The notes beneath the pieces were generated by a model that worked only from the letters and a program-made list of their open reading frames with translations, made no database searches and was not told the DNA's origin. From Lingula anatina (taxonomy: Eukaryota > Animalia > Brachiopoda), in the NCBI GenBank assembly GCA_051362555.1, contig CM120641.1:1364001-1428000 (forward strand): a DNA stretch of 64,000 bases. Direction: 5' to 3'. Made by a program: the position numbers and the translations under genes. The first letter of the stretch is position 1. Every line of letters begins with the position of its first letter. This document shows, piece after piece, positions 1-12,537 of the stretch.

Positions 1-85
1 TTTTAATAACTTGCTGCGTTGACCGACAGCAAGACAAAGAACATCACGGTGAAAAATTCCCACGAGGCTGAAAATCGTTGCCATG

Positions 86-368
86 TGCAATTTTTGCATG
101 ATTGCAACCTGATATGCCCATATCTTATTATCGTTTGGTGTTTTATGGTTAGTGCTGCAATTTTTTAACCATCTGAAAACTCGTCACAATATTGAAAAAA
201 AAAGATACACCATTACATATCGATCGTGGCTCTGTGCAATTAACAGTGGTTGTTAGTTGCCTTTTGAGGACGCTAAAACATCGTTCTTTTTTGCAGCAAT
301 AACCATAAAACACCAATTATAATAATTAGATATGGGCATATCAGATTGCAAACATGCAAAAACTGTTC
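86..368. mobile_element. Fold-back/MITE-like element with long imperfect inverted arms
   Basis: Left arm TTTTTGCATGATTGCAACCTGATATGCCCATATCT..TTGGTGTTTTATGGTTAGTGCTGCAA (about 91-160) is the approximate reverse complement of TTGCAGCAATAACCATAAAACACCAA..AGATATGGGCATATCAGATTGCAAACATGCAAAAA (about 291-362). Confidence 0.7.
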
Positions 369-1865
369 AGGAAGTAAGTCAAATTAAGACCCGATGATGT
401 TTTGTCTTCGGTATTTCCTCCTCATTATTTACTGCAATTACTATTACACGTCTATCAGTTAAAGCGAGAAAGCAATAATTGATGACACAATATTGCTATG
501 AATATATAGTCACCAAGTTCATTTCACTGAGCAATCACTCCCAAACACGAGATCTAGCGACATATTTTATCACCACTCGTTCTAGCGAATTGAGAAAGAA
601 AAAGTCTGATAAATCGGGAGATTTTTATTTTGAATCGGGGGATCATGAGATATGTCCCCAAATGAGGAGATTCTTAAGGAGACCGGTAGCGTCGACGGGT
701 CTGGAAATTTTTGTCTATAAAATGTGGGGGTATTTTCATACAACATGTATGAGCTTATCAAACTTGACTTTTCTCTAAGAATAGCCGTTTCGTGGCATAA
801 ACAAATAGACAAATATTTGCTTTAACCGTACCTACGCCTACTATTACTACAGGTAACACATTAAATGTTCACGGTTTAAAATTTGAAAATTTTCCTATGT
901 GAAGGTGGCCAGCATTCCTCGCCTGATGATCAATCTGGTCCGATAGAAATGAGATGTTTTTATATTCCATTAGCTGCTCGTCTATACTAAAGAAAAACCT
1001 TTTATTAACATTACACTTGCGATGGAAAGCAAATATTTTAGCAATATCTAATAGAGTTTACTTCCAAATTTGTATTACGGGTATTTAGAAATATGACGAA
1101 AAAATTAATAAACCCGTCTCGCAAAAGTGAAAAAATGTCATCAAGGTTGGGGAACGAGCAAGTAAAAATCTTACAAATGATGAATAACAAAATTTAATGA
1201 CGCATAAAGGGATAACTTTTTTTCAACCTTCCCATCCCCGTTCGTATCAAAGAAAAGAATAAAACTTCCCCCCAAAATCAAAAATCACAAATTGGTAAGG
1301 GAGACAATAATACATGTACATGTCTGTTGCTGTTCTGTAAGTTCTTGTTGTTGTTGTGTTCTTCTTCTTCTTCTTCTTCTTATTATTATTATTATGGGAT
1401 ATAAGTTATTAGTGGTTCATTGATGATGGACCCTAAGTTGTCGTAAGTTCTTAATACCACTGATATAGGGTCAACAGAAAAAACAAAACCAACGCAAACT
1501 CATTTTTACAGCCTGCCAGTGATTGCCCCTTATCACTTTTCTTATTTTAATATTTAGACTTCCAATTGATTCCGAACTATTGAATACAGTTAGATAATAT
1601 AAATTCTTATCAGTTCGCCCCGTTTCCCTGTAAGATAACCGCATTTTGGAACAGAAACACCTAGTTACGCAGTTACAGCAAACACAGTCCGCCCATATGA
1701 TCCAGCTTGCCTGAGAGTTCGCGCATAATTTCATGAGTTCATTAGCGGGCCGTGTGCAAAACGTAATGGGAAGATTTATGCGACCGGCTTTTCATTGCAG
1801 CCTCATTGCTGACTGTAGGTAAGGATCTGCTTAGAATTAACTACCACCCATCTCAAGCAAACAAC

Positions 1866-1905
1866 ATGCCCAAGTGTCCAGCTTGTCAGAAGGAAGTTTA
1901 CTTTG
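1866..1905 (+). CDS. CRIP1: Cysteine-rich protein 1 (CRIP1-like, single LIM domain), coding exon 1 of 4
   Basis: CAAC-ATG context; encodes MPKCPACQKEVYF plus 1 nt, then a GTAAGT donor. Spliced protein [78 protein letters not shown] (78 aa) closely matches the CRIP1 family. Confidence 0.95.
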
Positions 1906-4656
1906 GTAAGTGTTTTCTCGATGATACGGCATTGCTTAATGTAAGCGTAAATGATGACATTGACTATCAAAATTAGATTAAGTCTCTTTCATATGTAATG
2001 TAATCACATGACACTATAGTAATGTATGCGTTAATATACGGGGCAGGTTTCAGTTTAAAGTATTTCATTGTTGATATGGGTCATAGAGATATCATCAGCA
2101 TTCATTAAAAATATATCACTTTAGTATAGTAAACCAGTGCATTGTTTACTGAACATAGATAGACGGGTGGATACAGGAAGAGATATTAAATCATAAAAGT
2201 GGGTGGTGCCAATATTAATCATTATCATGAGCTAAACCAGCATTCTGTATGAGAATTACCAGTCCTCTGAAGCTCTCTTATCTGGCTTAGGCGAGATAAT
2301 TGTGTTTATACTGAGAGGTGTATCCTTACTTCACCCTAGCAATACAACTGCCGCAGTAATAACAGACTAGCAATGTGCGGGTTATATATTATCACACGGT
2401 GTATAGTATATATTGTACTCTCAAACTCTCATAAAAATCAGGTGATTAAAAATGCTGCAGGGCTCTGAACAACAGGTTATATTGACGGGGATGCAAGAAG
2501 AGTATATGCAGTGTTTTTGGATTAATAGAATAATTAAGTAATTAAGCCGCAAGCTGTCGTCGCCAAAACATAGCTAGGCCTAGTATGTTAGACTTGAAGA
2601 TAACGCAGAACCCGGAACTGGTGCGTATAGTACATTCTTTTCTTTTTTTCTACACCTTAGATAAACATTAGATGAAAGAGAGCGAAAGACTTAATCAGAG
2701 CCAAAACCTTTGATATATTTTTATACCGCGTAATGGCCTACTAATATTTACATTCAGTCTACAAAATGTTTTAAAAAGAAAGCTACAGATAAGCCACGAA
2801 TTTGAAACTATTTGTTACAATGGCATGTATTTAGAAACCTTTCTACTAAGATCTGTCCCAAACGAAATTACTGGTAGGAAAACAATCCTTAAAGGGATAA
2901 TAACTCTTCGTATGAGACCTATATTTCACAATAAAAAACTTGTGAATAACTCATAGAAATATAATATATTCTGTTTTACCACAAAAACAGCAGTTATAGC
3001 TTTTATTCTGATATTTGAAGTTGTCTTTAGACCACGTGACCTCCATTGATGTCTATACTCTGTTAAAATCTCTTAAGAGATTTTAGCAAAAAACCAAACT
3101 TTTTAGAAAAAAACCAGGGACTAACTTTGAATGTAAAAATGGATTCATTAACCATTGGTAAGTATGGGAAAATTGTTGTTTACTCCAGGAAAATTCATTT
3201 TTTGGCTGAAACGAAGAGTTATTATTGCTTTAAGGTTTCCGGGATACCAGCATGTCGAATAAAATGCCAGTCGTAAAGAGGTTGATGCATTTAGCGGAGG
3301 CGTTTTAAGGAAACGCCCAGTTTTTACACCCTCGGTAAACAAGCCATGCACCTTCACCTGGCTATTCCGGTGACCTTATACAGTTCAGCTGTGAGCAGAA
3401 TGCCAGCCATTGCCACCTTTCTGTCCTCGATGTCAACATTAAAAGTTCAATTTCAAAGACGTCTACTGTCCTAGACGTACGTGTTGGAATTTGGCACTTC
3501 GAGAATCAGCTAGGCCATATATAATAGTGTATTTTGTTTACTTCTAAATGTCAAGGGCAGAAACTCATACTTATTACGACAATGGTTTAGAGGTGATACT
3601 ATGGTTTTGATGTCAACTGAGCAGTTTCGCTGTGAATGAAGAGCGTGTTTTACCTTTGTTAATACAGTTTTAATGGTAACGGTTTATGAATCATCGTCAT
3701 TTTATATAGACACCCGCAGCTAAACTATACATATCGCGCTCATAGGTCACATATCTAAACCGCATCTGCATTTCAATCTTTTTAACTTGTATGTAGGTCC
3801 CACATATATTTACCGTGAATACATTGCAAAAGTAAATAACGCTCTTTTGATCATTACTGTTATTGGTGAGTATTTTTTAATCAGTTTGATCAGGCCCGTA
3901 AGGCACTGGGTTCTGTAAGGCACTGGGTTCTGTGGGTGCAGGGGGTCCGAAAGAACGGCCCTTCTGCGTCAAAATTTATTTATGTTACTTTCTATTCCGC
4001 ACGATGGTCAAGTAAGGGGGTGAAGGCCAACTTAGATAAAAAGCCTTTGAACCCCTTTGAAATTGATGGTACAGTGTACATATGTGTAAGTACCGCATCA
4101 CTATTTGTTGCTGTTGAGAGCAGCTCTCCCCAGCACAATATATGTGTTTTTAAATACAGCGCAACAACGAGAAAACGCATAAATCACGTTATTGCCAGGT
4201 TGCGGGTCATACTCATTGACCCATTTCAGTGTCATTAGTTGACCTGAAACGATAAGCCCCCCCCCCCCCCCATAAGCCCCCCTCTCATTCTAGATCTGTT
4301 ATGTGTAAGGAAGCCTAGCAATGCTCCCAGTCTTGTACTGGCTGTACTCTCTTATTTCACCTGATCCAGACCGCATCAGTAATTACATGCCAAAAATAAT
4401 GCAAACAATGGGGAGATCGGCTGACAATCTCGCAAAACATGCGCTTTTTTCATGTGAAGGGCACCTGCAGTTGGCACATTCTTCTCTATGTTCTTTTTAC
4501 ATGAATCATCTTCATTATCTCCCTGACCCCATGGCGAAAGGTCATATTTGCACCCGCTGGTAAAATAAAATCCAGTGAGTGTATGTCAGTGCGCATTGTG
4601 TTAGTTGTGCTATGTTTACTGAACTCATTGCGTTATAATGCGTGTTTCTTTTCCAG

Positions 4657-4751
4657 CTGAGCGCAAGACGTCTCTGGGCAAAGACTGGCACAGTGGCTGC
4701 CTAAGATGTGCAGAATGCAAGAAGGTGCTGACCCCGGGATCACACGCCGAG
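4657..4751 (+). CDS. CRIP1: CRIP1-like LIM protein, coding exon 2
   Basis: Acceptor TTTCTTTTCCAG, 95 nt encoding (A)[31 protein letters not shown], donor GTTTGT; phase fits exon 1. Confidence 0.95.
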
Positions 4752-5060
4752 GTTTGTAGATTTTACGAGAATACACCTGCAAATATTTTCCTTGTCTTTA
4801 TTGAGAGCGGGGGTATGAATGGGACGCATATCCTATCGTTGTTCTGATTCATTCCTCTATGCTTGGATTTTTATTGAAGTATTTAATCAAAACAGTTTAT
4901 GTATTACAATTTAAACATTTTAGACACAACCGAGTGTGCCCCCCCCCCCAAATTTGGTGTTTCGATATACAATTTTTTCATTTATTACATTTTTGCAAGC
5001 GTTAATAAAGTAAGTCAAAACACATTATAACATCGCTCATATATCCCTTTCTTCTTTCAG

Positions 5061-5118
5061 CACGAAGGGAAGCCATACTGTAACAAGCCTTGTTATTCAG
5101 CTCTATTTGGTCCTAAAG
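5061..5118 (+). CDS. CRIP1: CRIP1-like LIM protein, coding exon 3
   Basis: Acceptor CTTTCTTCTTTCAG, 58 nt encoding [19 protein letters not shown](G), donor GTATTT. Confidence 0.95.
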
Positions 5119-5357
5119 GTATTTAGTTTCCCATTTCAAGGAAGATTTTAATGGCAATAAAGACGCGCCATTTAAAAATCTTATATTTAGTTTTAAAAGT
5201 ATTACAGAACTGAATACATGATATTCTATTTCTTTTTTACTTGTGTTAATACACGTGTTCATGAAAAAAATATATATTGATACATATATAAGATCAGTCA
5301 CGTAAAAAAACAATGGAAAATTACACTGATGCGCCCTCTGTTTTCTTTCACTTTCAG

Positions 5358-5401
5358 GGTTCGGACACGGAGGAACAGAGAGTCATACATTCCGCAAGTA
5401 A
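5358..5401 (+). CDS. CRIP1: CRIP1-like LIM protein, coding exon 4 (Gly-rich tail, stop)
   Basis: Acceptor CTTTCACTTTCAG; encodes (G)FGHGGTESHTFRK then TAA. Total CDS 237 nt, in frame. Confidence 0.95.
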
Positions 5402-5960
5402 TCAAAGTAAAACCACTCGGACTAGCACTAGATCTGCATGTATAAAATATAGAGACGTCTAACCTGTTTATAGCAAGGAGCTCCCTAGAGTCTTTCAGTG
5501 TACAAGAGGACGGGGTTCAGCTGAACAGAGCTCACTGGAAAAGTGTCATGATTAAAGTCAGCTCTTTCACGTCCTCGAATACAATTTTTAGTTGCTTCAT
5601 ATCTACGTACTGCAGCGGGTAGGTGATCCGCCATGGACTTGTGCGTATATTATTGGCAAGGAAAACAATCTGTTCATTTACATTCCATGGTTACGGATGC
5701 GTTATAATAAACTGTGCAAGTGTGTATGCAATATTCCTTTACCTCTTTCTTCGTATGCAATAGCTTGTGTAGACGGCGCTTAAAGACGTACAATTTACAA
5801 ACGTCGATATTCCATCAGACATGCAATTTCCTTGGGGTTTTTGAAGGCGATTGTTTACCTTTAAAGAATACCGACATATGGAATGATGGTATTTTTTTGC
5901 ATTAACTCCCTTTTGATTACCCAGTAGCTTCATTCCTTGTACCTTGTGGGATCAAAAGGA

Positions 5961-5966
5961 AATAAA
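5961..5966 (+). terminator. Candidate polyadenylation signal of the CRIP1-like gene
   Basis: AATAAA about 560 nt after the stop, followed by a T-rich tract near 5992. Confidence 0.55.
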
Positions 5967-7027
5967 AACCATTCGAGTTTGTAACACCCAGTTTTTTATT
6001 TGCACATATAAACATGAACATCGAATCACAAAGAGCAGTTCAATATAATTTTACATTTCCTGCACAATGTACTTTACTAGAATATAAATAACCATTGAAA
6101 GCGCCAAGTGTATATTGGGGTAGTTGAGAAATTATTATTTAGTTCATAATTTATCAGTCACTTTGTAGCTTAGAATTCAGTTCGGGTGCGTCAGCTTTAT
6201 TTGAACGCTTTGGAACTAGAGATTTTGTTAGTATTAAAGGTATTTTTCAATGAGGACAACAAATTACCATACTCGAAATGCTAATAGCCACTCTATGACG
6301 ACAAAGTTTTTAAGAAACGATGATTGCATGTACTGCAGCTTAATATTGTCTTCCCTTTCTTTCATAAAAAAGACAACAATAGAAACGCCTAGAACTTGTT
6401 ATCTTAAGTACAGAGGTTAATATCGCGGCGTTCTGTCATGGAATATATACACTTCATCAGTCACGCTAAACTTAAAACCTTCATTTTCACAAAAAAATGT
6501 AGTGATTGTAAACGAAATCAATAAAATATTCATAAATCTCGCGTGAGCGAAAGAAATTGATGGAAGAGGGGGAGAGGTTACGGTATTTTTCCTACCATGT
6601 CATCTTATAAGCAAGTGAATAATAAACATAAATGTGTTAAAGAAGTTTAAACAATTTTGTCAAAAATGACTTGTCTGATGGCTTCACATACACGTTAATA
6701 ATGCCACTGGTCCCACTTAATTTAAGGCCAATGAATGACCAGTGTTATACAATTCAAATACAAATTTACAATTGACAGCATGGCTCAGCAAAATGTTTGA
6801 TGATAAAAGGAGAAAAGGCTGGTATCATTATTCTGAAATGTTACCCGTCACAGGATAAAAACACTGGCGGATCAATCTCTTTCCTAATATCGCTTGTGTC
6901 ATATCCATCAAAATTTCATAATGCCAGTTAAAACATAGAAATCCCTTTTCATAATACGGCAAAGCAGTGAAGTTCACATGCGTTTCAAGACCAACTCGTG
7001 GGGGTTCGATCGCTCACTTTCCTCAGC

Positions 7028-7715
7028 TTAAACTGCACTGTTTGACGTTGCCGTGACGCCCTGAAGTTTCTTTCCGTCTTTTGGGGTGCAGGGATTGTGA
7101 GTCTTCTTTTGGAGGCAAACGCAAAAGGTCTTCACGAAATATTCCTTAAAGTTGTCATTCATGAAAGCGTAAACAATGGGGTTTACACACGAGTTCAAAT
7201 ACCCCATCATAGACAAATAGGCGACCAATACGCGGGCATCACTGTGACTACCCGGTGTAACAAAAGAAAGTATCCAGTGATTAATGAAGAAAGGTGTCCA
7301 GCACACGGTAAAGAAAGCCACTAGAAGAATTAACATTTTAATCACACGTTTTTTCTGCTTTATGTGAACATCCGCTCTCATCGTCGACATGTCTCCCACC
7401 GGCTTCCTTATCCACAGGCGCCATGCCACCCTGCCGTAGGAGACGTAGATCCCGATCAGCGGGATGAGAAAGAAACCGAAAGTGGTGAAGGAAGTGTAGA
7501 GAAGGATTTCCCAGTGGTGCTCGAAGTATTCCCTACAGTAGGGGACGTTTGCTCTGATGGGTAACTTGTTGTCGAATTTGTAATCGATTTTTTGCACAAT
7601 GAGTTGCGGTGTCATGAGAGTGAAGGACAGTGCCCAGATGACAGCGGTGATGATAAGCGCGCGGTTGACAGTGTGAACGTGACGCGCCTTCAGCGGGTGA
7701 CAGATGGCGTAATAC
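7028..7715 (-). CDS. Rhodopsin-class neuropeptide GPCR (QRFP/orexin/CCK-receptor-like), coding exon 2 (end of TM3 to C-terminus)
   Basis: Acceptor ..CACACTCAG then G-TAT-TAC completes DR|YYAICHPLK. ECL2 YCRE, TM6 CWTPFF, TM7 NSCVNPIVY; ends ..NSAV then TAA. Confidence 0.93.
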
Positions 7716-8116
7716 CTGAGTGTGGGAAATGAATATAATGTCTGAATTAACACTCAATATATTCTATTGAATTTTTCTATTATATACATTCCTTTCATAA
7801 TATATTTTCACAATGGAAATACACCGACAATAATGACAATGAACAAATTGACATCATCACAAGCGTTTACACGTACATAGGACCCATCACGTTATTTCTG
7901 AAGAAAAACGTCCCGAACTTTAAATTCTTACTCCCATCTAGTTACCCCCTACCAGTCTATATTATTAAGCGAAACATTTGATGTGCCAGAGGTATTAACA
8001 TTTGTCTTCCATGAAATGAAATTGCATTAGATAATGAAGCGGATAATTTCCGAGAAATTAAAATTCATAAAAAAGTAGATTAACAGAACAAAGTGAACAA
8101 ATCAGTATAACATTAC

Positions 8117-8508
8117 CTGTCAACGGCGACTATCAAGAGAGTCAAAATACTGGAAACAATGAGAACACCCTGAAAATAAGCGTAAAATCTGCACAGCCCT
8201 TCTCCGAGGCTCCATTCCTGGTAGGCTAACTCGTACAATTGAAAAGGCATGCAGACTGCGGCTATCAGGAGATCGCTGACGGCCAGTGACAGTAAGAAAG
8301 TGTTTGTTACTGTCCGCATGGATTTATTCCTGAGAATCACCGCTATCACCAGGATGTTGAAGACGACCGCACAGAACATGATGATGCCGAACAAAATGCG
8401 GAAGCGAAGTAGGTCATGGTCCGCAAGAGGCGGCTCGAGGAACGACTCCGGGTATAAGGAGACCAACATTTTGAATTGCTCTTCTGTTATCGGCGTGTTG
8501 TTTCCCAT
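8117..8508 (-). CDS. Rhodopsin-class neuropeptide GPCR (QRFP/orexin/CCK-receptor-like), coding exon 1 (N-terminus to TM3)
   Basis: ATG at 8508 (MGNNTPITEE..), MRTVTNTFLLSLAVSDLL, WSLGEGLC, ..AVD-R split by a GTAATG donor at 8116. 401-nt intron; spliced ORF 1080 nt = 359 aa. Confidence 0.92.
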
Positions 8509-10153
8509 GATGAATCCTACCTCTTGGTTTAATATACTGAGAATTGAATTGATCCAGTTAAACTCAAACTGCGTCTCTCTGTTCTTAATCCCAAGGTTCT
8601 CTGATAATTGCCTCTGCACAGGTTTCTACTGCACTGGTTTCCAATAATTATCAGTCATGGAGTGAAAAGTATTCACAATACAAAAGGTATCTGGTGATTC
8701 AGCAATCTGCAAAGTTAAATACTAGGTGAATTTCATGGTGAATTTCCAAGAAAGAAAACGCCAGTGGACGTGTGTCACCTCATGGCTACCGAAGCTCGAA
8801 GTGAAAATTGTTTCTCGTGGTGAGTGCCTTCCAAACGAGAACACGTAAATGCTGCGTGTGAACCGCGCTAAGTCCAGCACGTGTTTAACAATCTTGAGCT
8901 CGAAGTTCCTGTCAACAAGACTATTTCTTCGTCAATGAAGTGATTTGCTTTTCATCAGTCTTAATTTCCCGCAAATTTCAACTCCAGGAAAATCGCCTCT
9001 CCAGCTAATATTATCGCCACGTACGACAGAAATCACCAGAAGACGTGTCGTTCTTTGTTTGACTATCGCCAAGGCAAGAGCACTCCAACACTGCGCAAGA
9101 TGAAAATCGTGCACTCAGAGTTATTCTATTGGTTCTGCGCATCAACTTGAAAAAGCACATTTATATTAATTTTGTGACGGGGGATAATGGCTTGCACTGT
9201 TTCCATTGGCTACAATTAATCAACATATTGATGACAACGGATTCTACTCTTTCAATTTCATCCCATTTGCTTTTTGTACTTTGAGACAAATTTAGCTTAG
9301 TGTCTGCAGCTACTGAATTTGATTTAAAATTGATTACTTATATATAATAGCTTAAAGAAATGTCAAATATCGTTAAATTATTTCCTGAAAAGTGATATTT
9401 GCACAGCGTATTTTCTGCAATTTTTTTGTGCTTTACGGACTGGAGGAAATTGAGTAGGTAAAAAGTAGGTAATTTGCGACTAGAAACTGAAAGAAAAGGC
9501 TATTTTTTAATAAAAAGGAAAATAATCAAAATGCAATGTGCATATACACTCATAAGCTTGTGTAATATATTCTTATTAAACCTCATATGAACATGAGTAT
9601 ACATGCAAAAAAATATAATATATTATATATAATATAAAATTTAAATGAACCAAGAATTTATTTAAAAAAAAGAAAATAAACAAGACTTAGAACATCATTT
9701 CAAAAGGGTAAAAAATCAACGCACCATAAAGTACAGATAATAATTAGCGTAGGCAGAAGATCAAAGACAAAGACCATTCTCTCATTCCCCGAATACATGC
9801 TGCTAGTATTTCCGTAATAACATGATCCTAATCAGAAGATACATCACCGTGACGCTGTACCACTAAATATCTCATGTACCGTGTCAAAATAACGAATTAA
9901 TGATAATTAAAAAACGAAATATATTACTTTGGAGATGCTTACGGTAATTGATTGATAACCTTGCAGAAAGGTTTTGAATACAGCGTTTGCAGCAATGAAA
10001 GTGAGGGGGCTATTAAGGCTTATCAAATGTCAAAGTGAAATGAGATCGACTGTATTGAGTTCCTGATATTTATTGAGCAGTTTACATAACACTTGTTGCT
10101 TTGTTGTTTTCGAAAAGATGTAAACTGAGTATTGACGTGTTTTTGAAACCTTA

Positions 10154-10216
10154 TTTTTATGTACAAACACAGATGTGTCTGTACATATAGAGGTCGCTTG
10201 CGTCTGTCGTCATCGC
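10154..10216 (+). mobile_element. Truncated 5' head of a Helentron-like non-autonomous element (same family as 50600-52950)
   Basis: TTTTTATGTACAAACACA-GA-TGTGTCTGTACATA hairpin followed by GCGTCTGTCGTC, nearly identical to the reverse complement of 52890-52950. Confidence 0.75.
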
Positions 10217-11233
10217 AGTGCCCTTACAGGTAGTTTAATATTGAATCTGTAAACAAACAGAACAATAGAAAACCACATTACATGAAATAATCAACAACAT
10301 TTTCCTACACTTGTCACCCTGCTTTTTCCTGCGAACAGCACAATGAGCCGAATAACGTGGGCCTTTTTTTCATTGGCCGAAAGTTTCAAACCCTTTATTC
10401 CACTAATTGAACGTCTTAAACGTCGCGTTTTCCTTCACTGCGTCATTCTGTCAGCTAGCCCCTGTTGACGTCGTCGCAGCAGTCTTCAGTGGTAGAACAG
10501 CTCATGGAGGGACAGTGTAGGAGCGCATGAGTTATAAGTTACTAAATATTCAGAAGCAGTCAATGTACGAGATTTAATTCAAGTCTACTTATTTTTCGTA
10601 TAGTATCGCTATATCGTGTCTAAATGTTTAGCTGTCTGAAAAAAGGGGATAAATTTCTTCTATTATAGATATCACGCACAGAGGGTATTGCTTGAGCTTG
10701 ACAATCCCCCCCTTAAATTACCCCTTCCTTTCATTATCTTGTAAAACTATTTTACTATGGGTGACATAAAGTCTGACGGGTTCATAACTAATTTGTGGGA
10801 AGGCGTGAGATATGAGGGCGAGGTAGTGAATACGGAGCTTGAGAGCGTTGATGATTTATGAGATGGTTCGAATTTAACTAATAAACAGTTGGAGAATCAC
10901 GCAGAGCAAGTCGAAGGTGAACTTGGGATGGGGTGAATTATAGGAGATATTATAATCTGCGTCGAGTAATTGTACGACGAATGAAAAAAAATCCACTGTA
11001 AACACGGACTATCAGCTCACATTCTCAAATTTAGAAAATCGGAATCTCAATTCTATGATTCCATTTTTCCAAAGTAGAACCAATGACATAGTTCAAGGTA
11101 TGCTTCCTCATGATTTGGTCAGAATCGTTTGACAAATCAGATTGTTTCAGTAAATTGATACTTGAAATAACAAGTGAGGAAGGTGTAGAGATTGATGTTT
11201 ATATAGAGCTATCACTATAGAGCTATCACTATA

Positions 11234-11504
11234 AGTCAGATTTTGATTTATTGGATGAACTAAGCAAATTTCTTTTCCTGATTGACGATCCAAAAATGAT
11301 TTTTAGCACTGCCAAAGCCTGTAGCCTTTTCTTTGGATTAAGAAGAAATTTTATGTATTTAAACTGTAATTAGTGTTTTAAATTTTTTAGTCTCTCATAG
11401 TTCTCTATAGAACTGCCTGATGACTGTCTTAATTTTTATTGTTTTTTTTTTTAAATTGTATCTATGGGTGAGACTTTAATAAAATAAATTGAATTGAATT
11501 GAAT
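11234..11504 (+). mobile_element. 5'-truncated non-LTR retrotransposon (LINE) 3' end with target-site duplication
   Basis: Flanked by TATCACTATA at 11224-11233 and 11505-11514. Encodes SDFDLLDELSKFLFLIDDPKMIFSTAKACSLFFGLRRNFMYLNCN* (like an ORF2 C-terminus). Ends AATAAAATAAA plus a (TTGAA)3 tail. Confidence 0.8.
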
Positions 11505-11699
11505 TATCACTATAGCCGATACTATCATCTATATTCCTTGATGATGGCAGTGCAGTAACTACCGCGTGCCTGGACAGCATCATGGGCCGCTACCTCGGCG
11601 ACTTCACAGATGAGCTAGATGAGGGGGACCACATCTCCACATTTGTTTTGGGTGGACCGAAAAACTACGCATACGTTACGGCAAAGGGAAAGACAATTA

Positions 11700-12262
11700 T
11701 GGCCCAGTCACAATGTCGGCGATCTGTCGGAGATTAGTTTAGTCGTCGTAGAAAATAAAGAATCCTTGAACAATCCTAGCAATAATCCTAATAAAAGTGG
11801 AGCAGTCACATTGTCTGAGATTTTTTCAAGGATTTTGACCCGGTTTTGTCGAAAAATCGTGGGATTAGCTTCCGATCGCCTCCGATTGCATCGGAGGCGA
11901 TCGGAGACGATATCTGCGAGCGTCTTTTCTTGTAATTTTTTTCCCCCTGGGTATATGTGGTTATATATGGGTATATATTCGGAGGACGCCTCCCATTAAT
12001 CGGAGGGCATCGTAGGTCATCGGAGATTGTGTCTGGGATGCCCAAAATGGGTGAAAAATCTTGCGAGCAATCTTAAAATTTTAAGTTCAAAGTTGGGGAC
12101 CGCGACGGGTGTGGCGATGTCTAAAAAATCTGCCACAACCCGCAGGCGTCCGGAGAGCGCCTCCGACGGGTGCAAAATCGTGAGATCTGTCTCAAGATTT
12201 TGTTCAAATTTCCCGGGTTTTACCCATCCCCGACGCATCGCAACTGATTTGTGACTGGCCAC
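11700..12262. mobile_element. PIF/Harbinger-type MITE
   Basis: TIRs TGGCCCAGTCACAA .. TTGTGACTGGCCAC, with TTA on both flanks (11697-99, 12263-65). GC-rich non-coding interior; splits the pPolB reading frame. Confidence 0.85.
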
Positions 12263-12389
12263 TTAGTCAAGTTAGAGGTTTGAAGAGTCACTGAATTATG
12301 ATACTTCTCAGATAGTGAATTATGATATTTTGCGTAAATGGTGCATGGCATAGGTCCGCGTGGAGCTGCTAAACGCGTGGAACAGCCTG

Positions 12390-12537
12390 GGCCCCGTATC
12401 TCGAAAGCTTCGCTATGTTGCGCACGTGCGCAAGCGTCTCGATTCCATTACTCGCCCACACTCGTCCCACATGATACACTGTAGCCTCTTTTTGATATAG
12501 CGATTCGCAAAACGCGATGCTTTCGAGATACGGGGCC
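12390..12537. mobile_element. Small PIF/Harbinger-type MITE with CWG target duplication
   Basis: Perfect 19-bp TIR GGCCCCGTATCTCGAAAGC / GCTTTCGAGATACGGGGCC, flanked by CTG on both sides. Confidence 0.85.

Noticed and set aside
8509-8619. GTG start at 8619 given by the ORF track for GPCR1
   Set aside because: Non-ATG start in a eukaryote. ATG 8508 gives a normal short N-terminus with an NNT sequon.
7097-8647. Plus-strand and alternate-frame ORFs overlapping GPCR1
   Set aside because: Antisense or frame shadows of the GPCR exons, with no independent motifs.
11619-12262. Four overlapping ORFs of 75-126 aa
   Set aside because: They lie mostly inside a GC-rich MITE. The real coding signal (pPolB) is in another frame and is broken.
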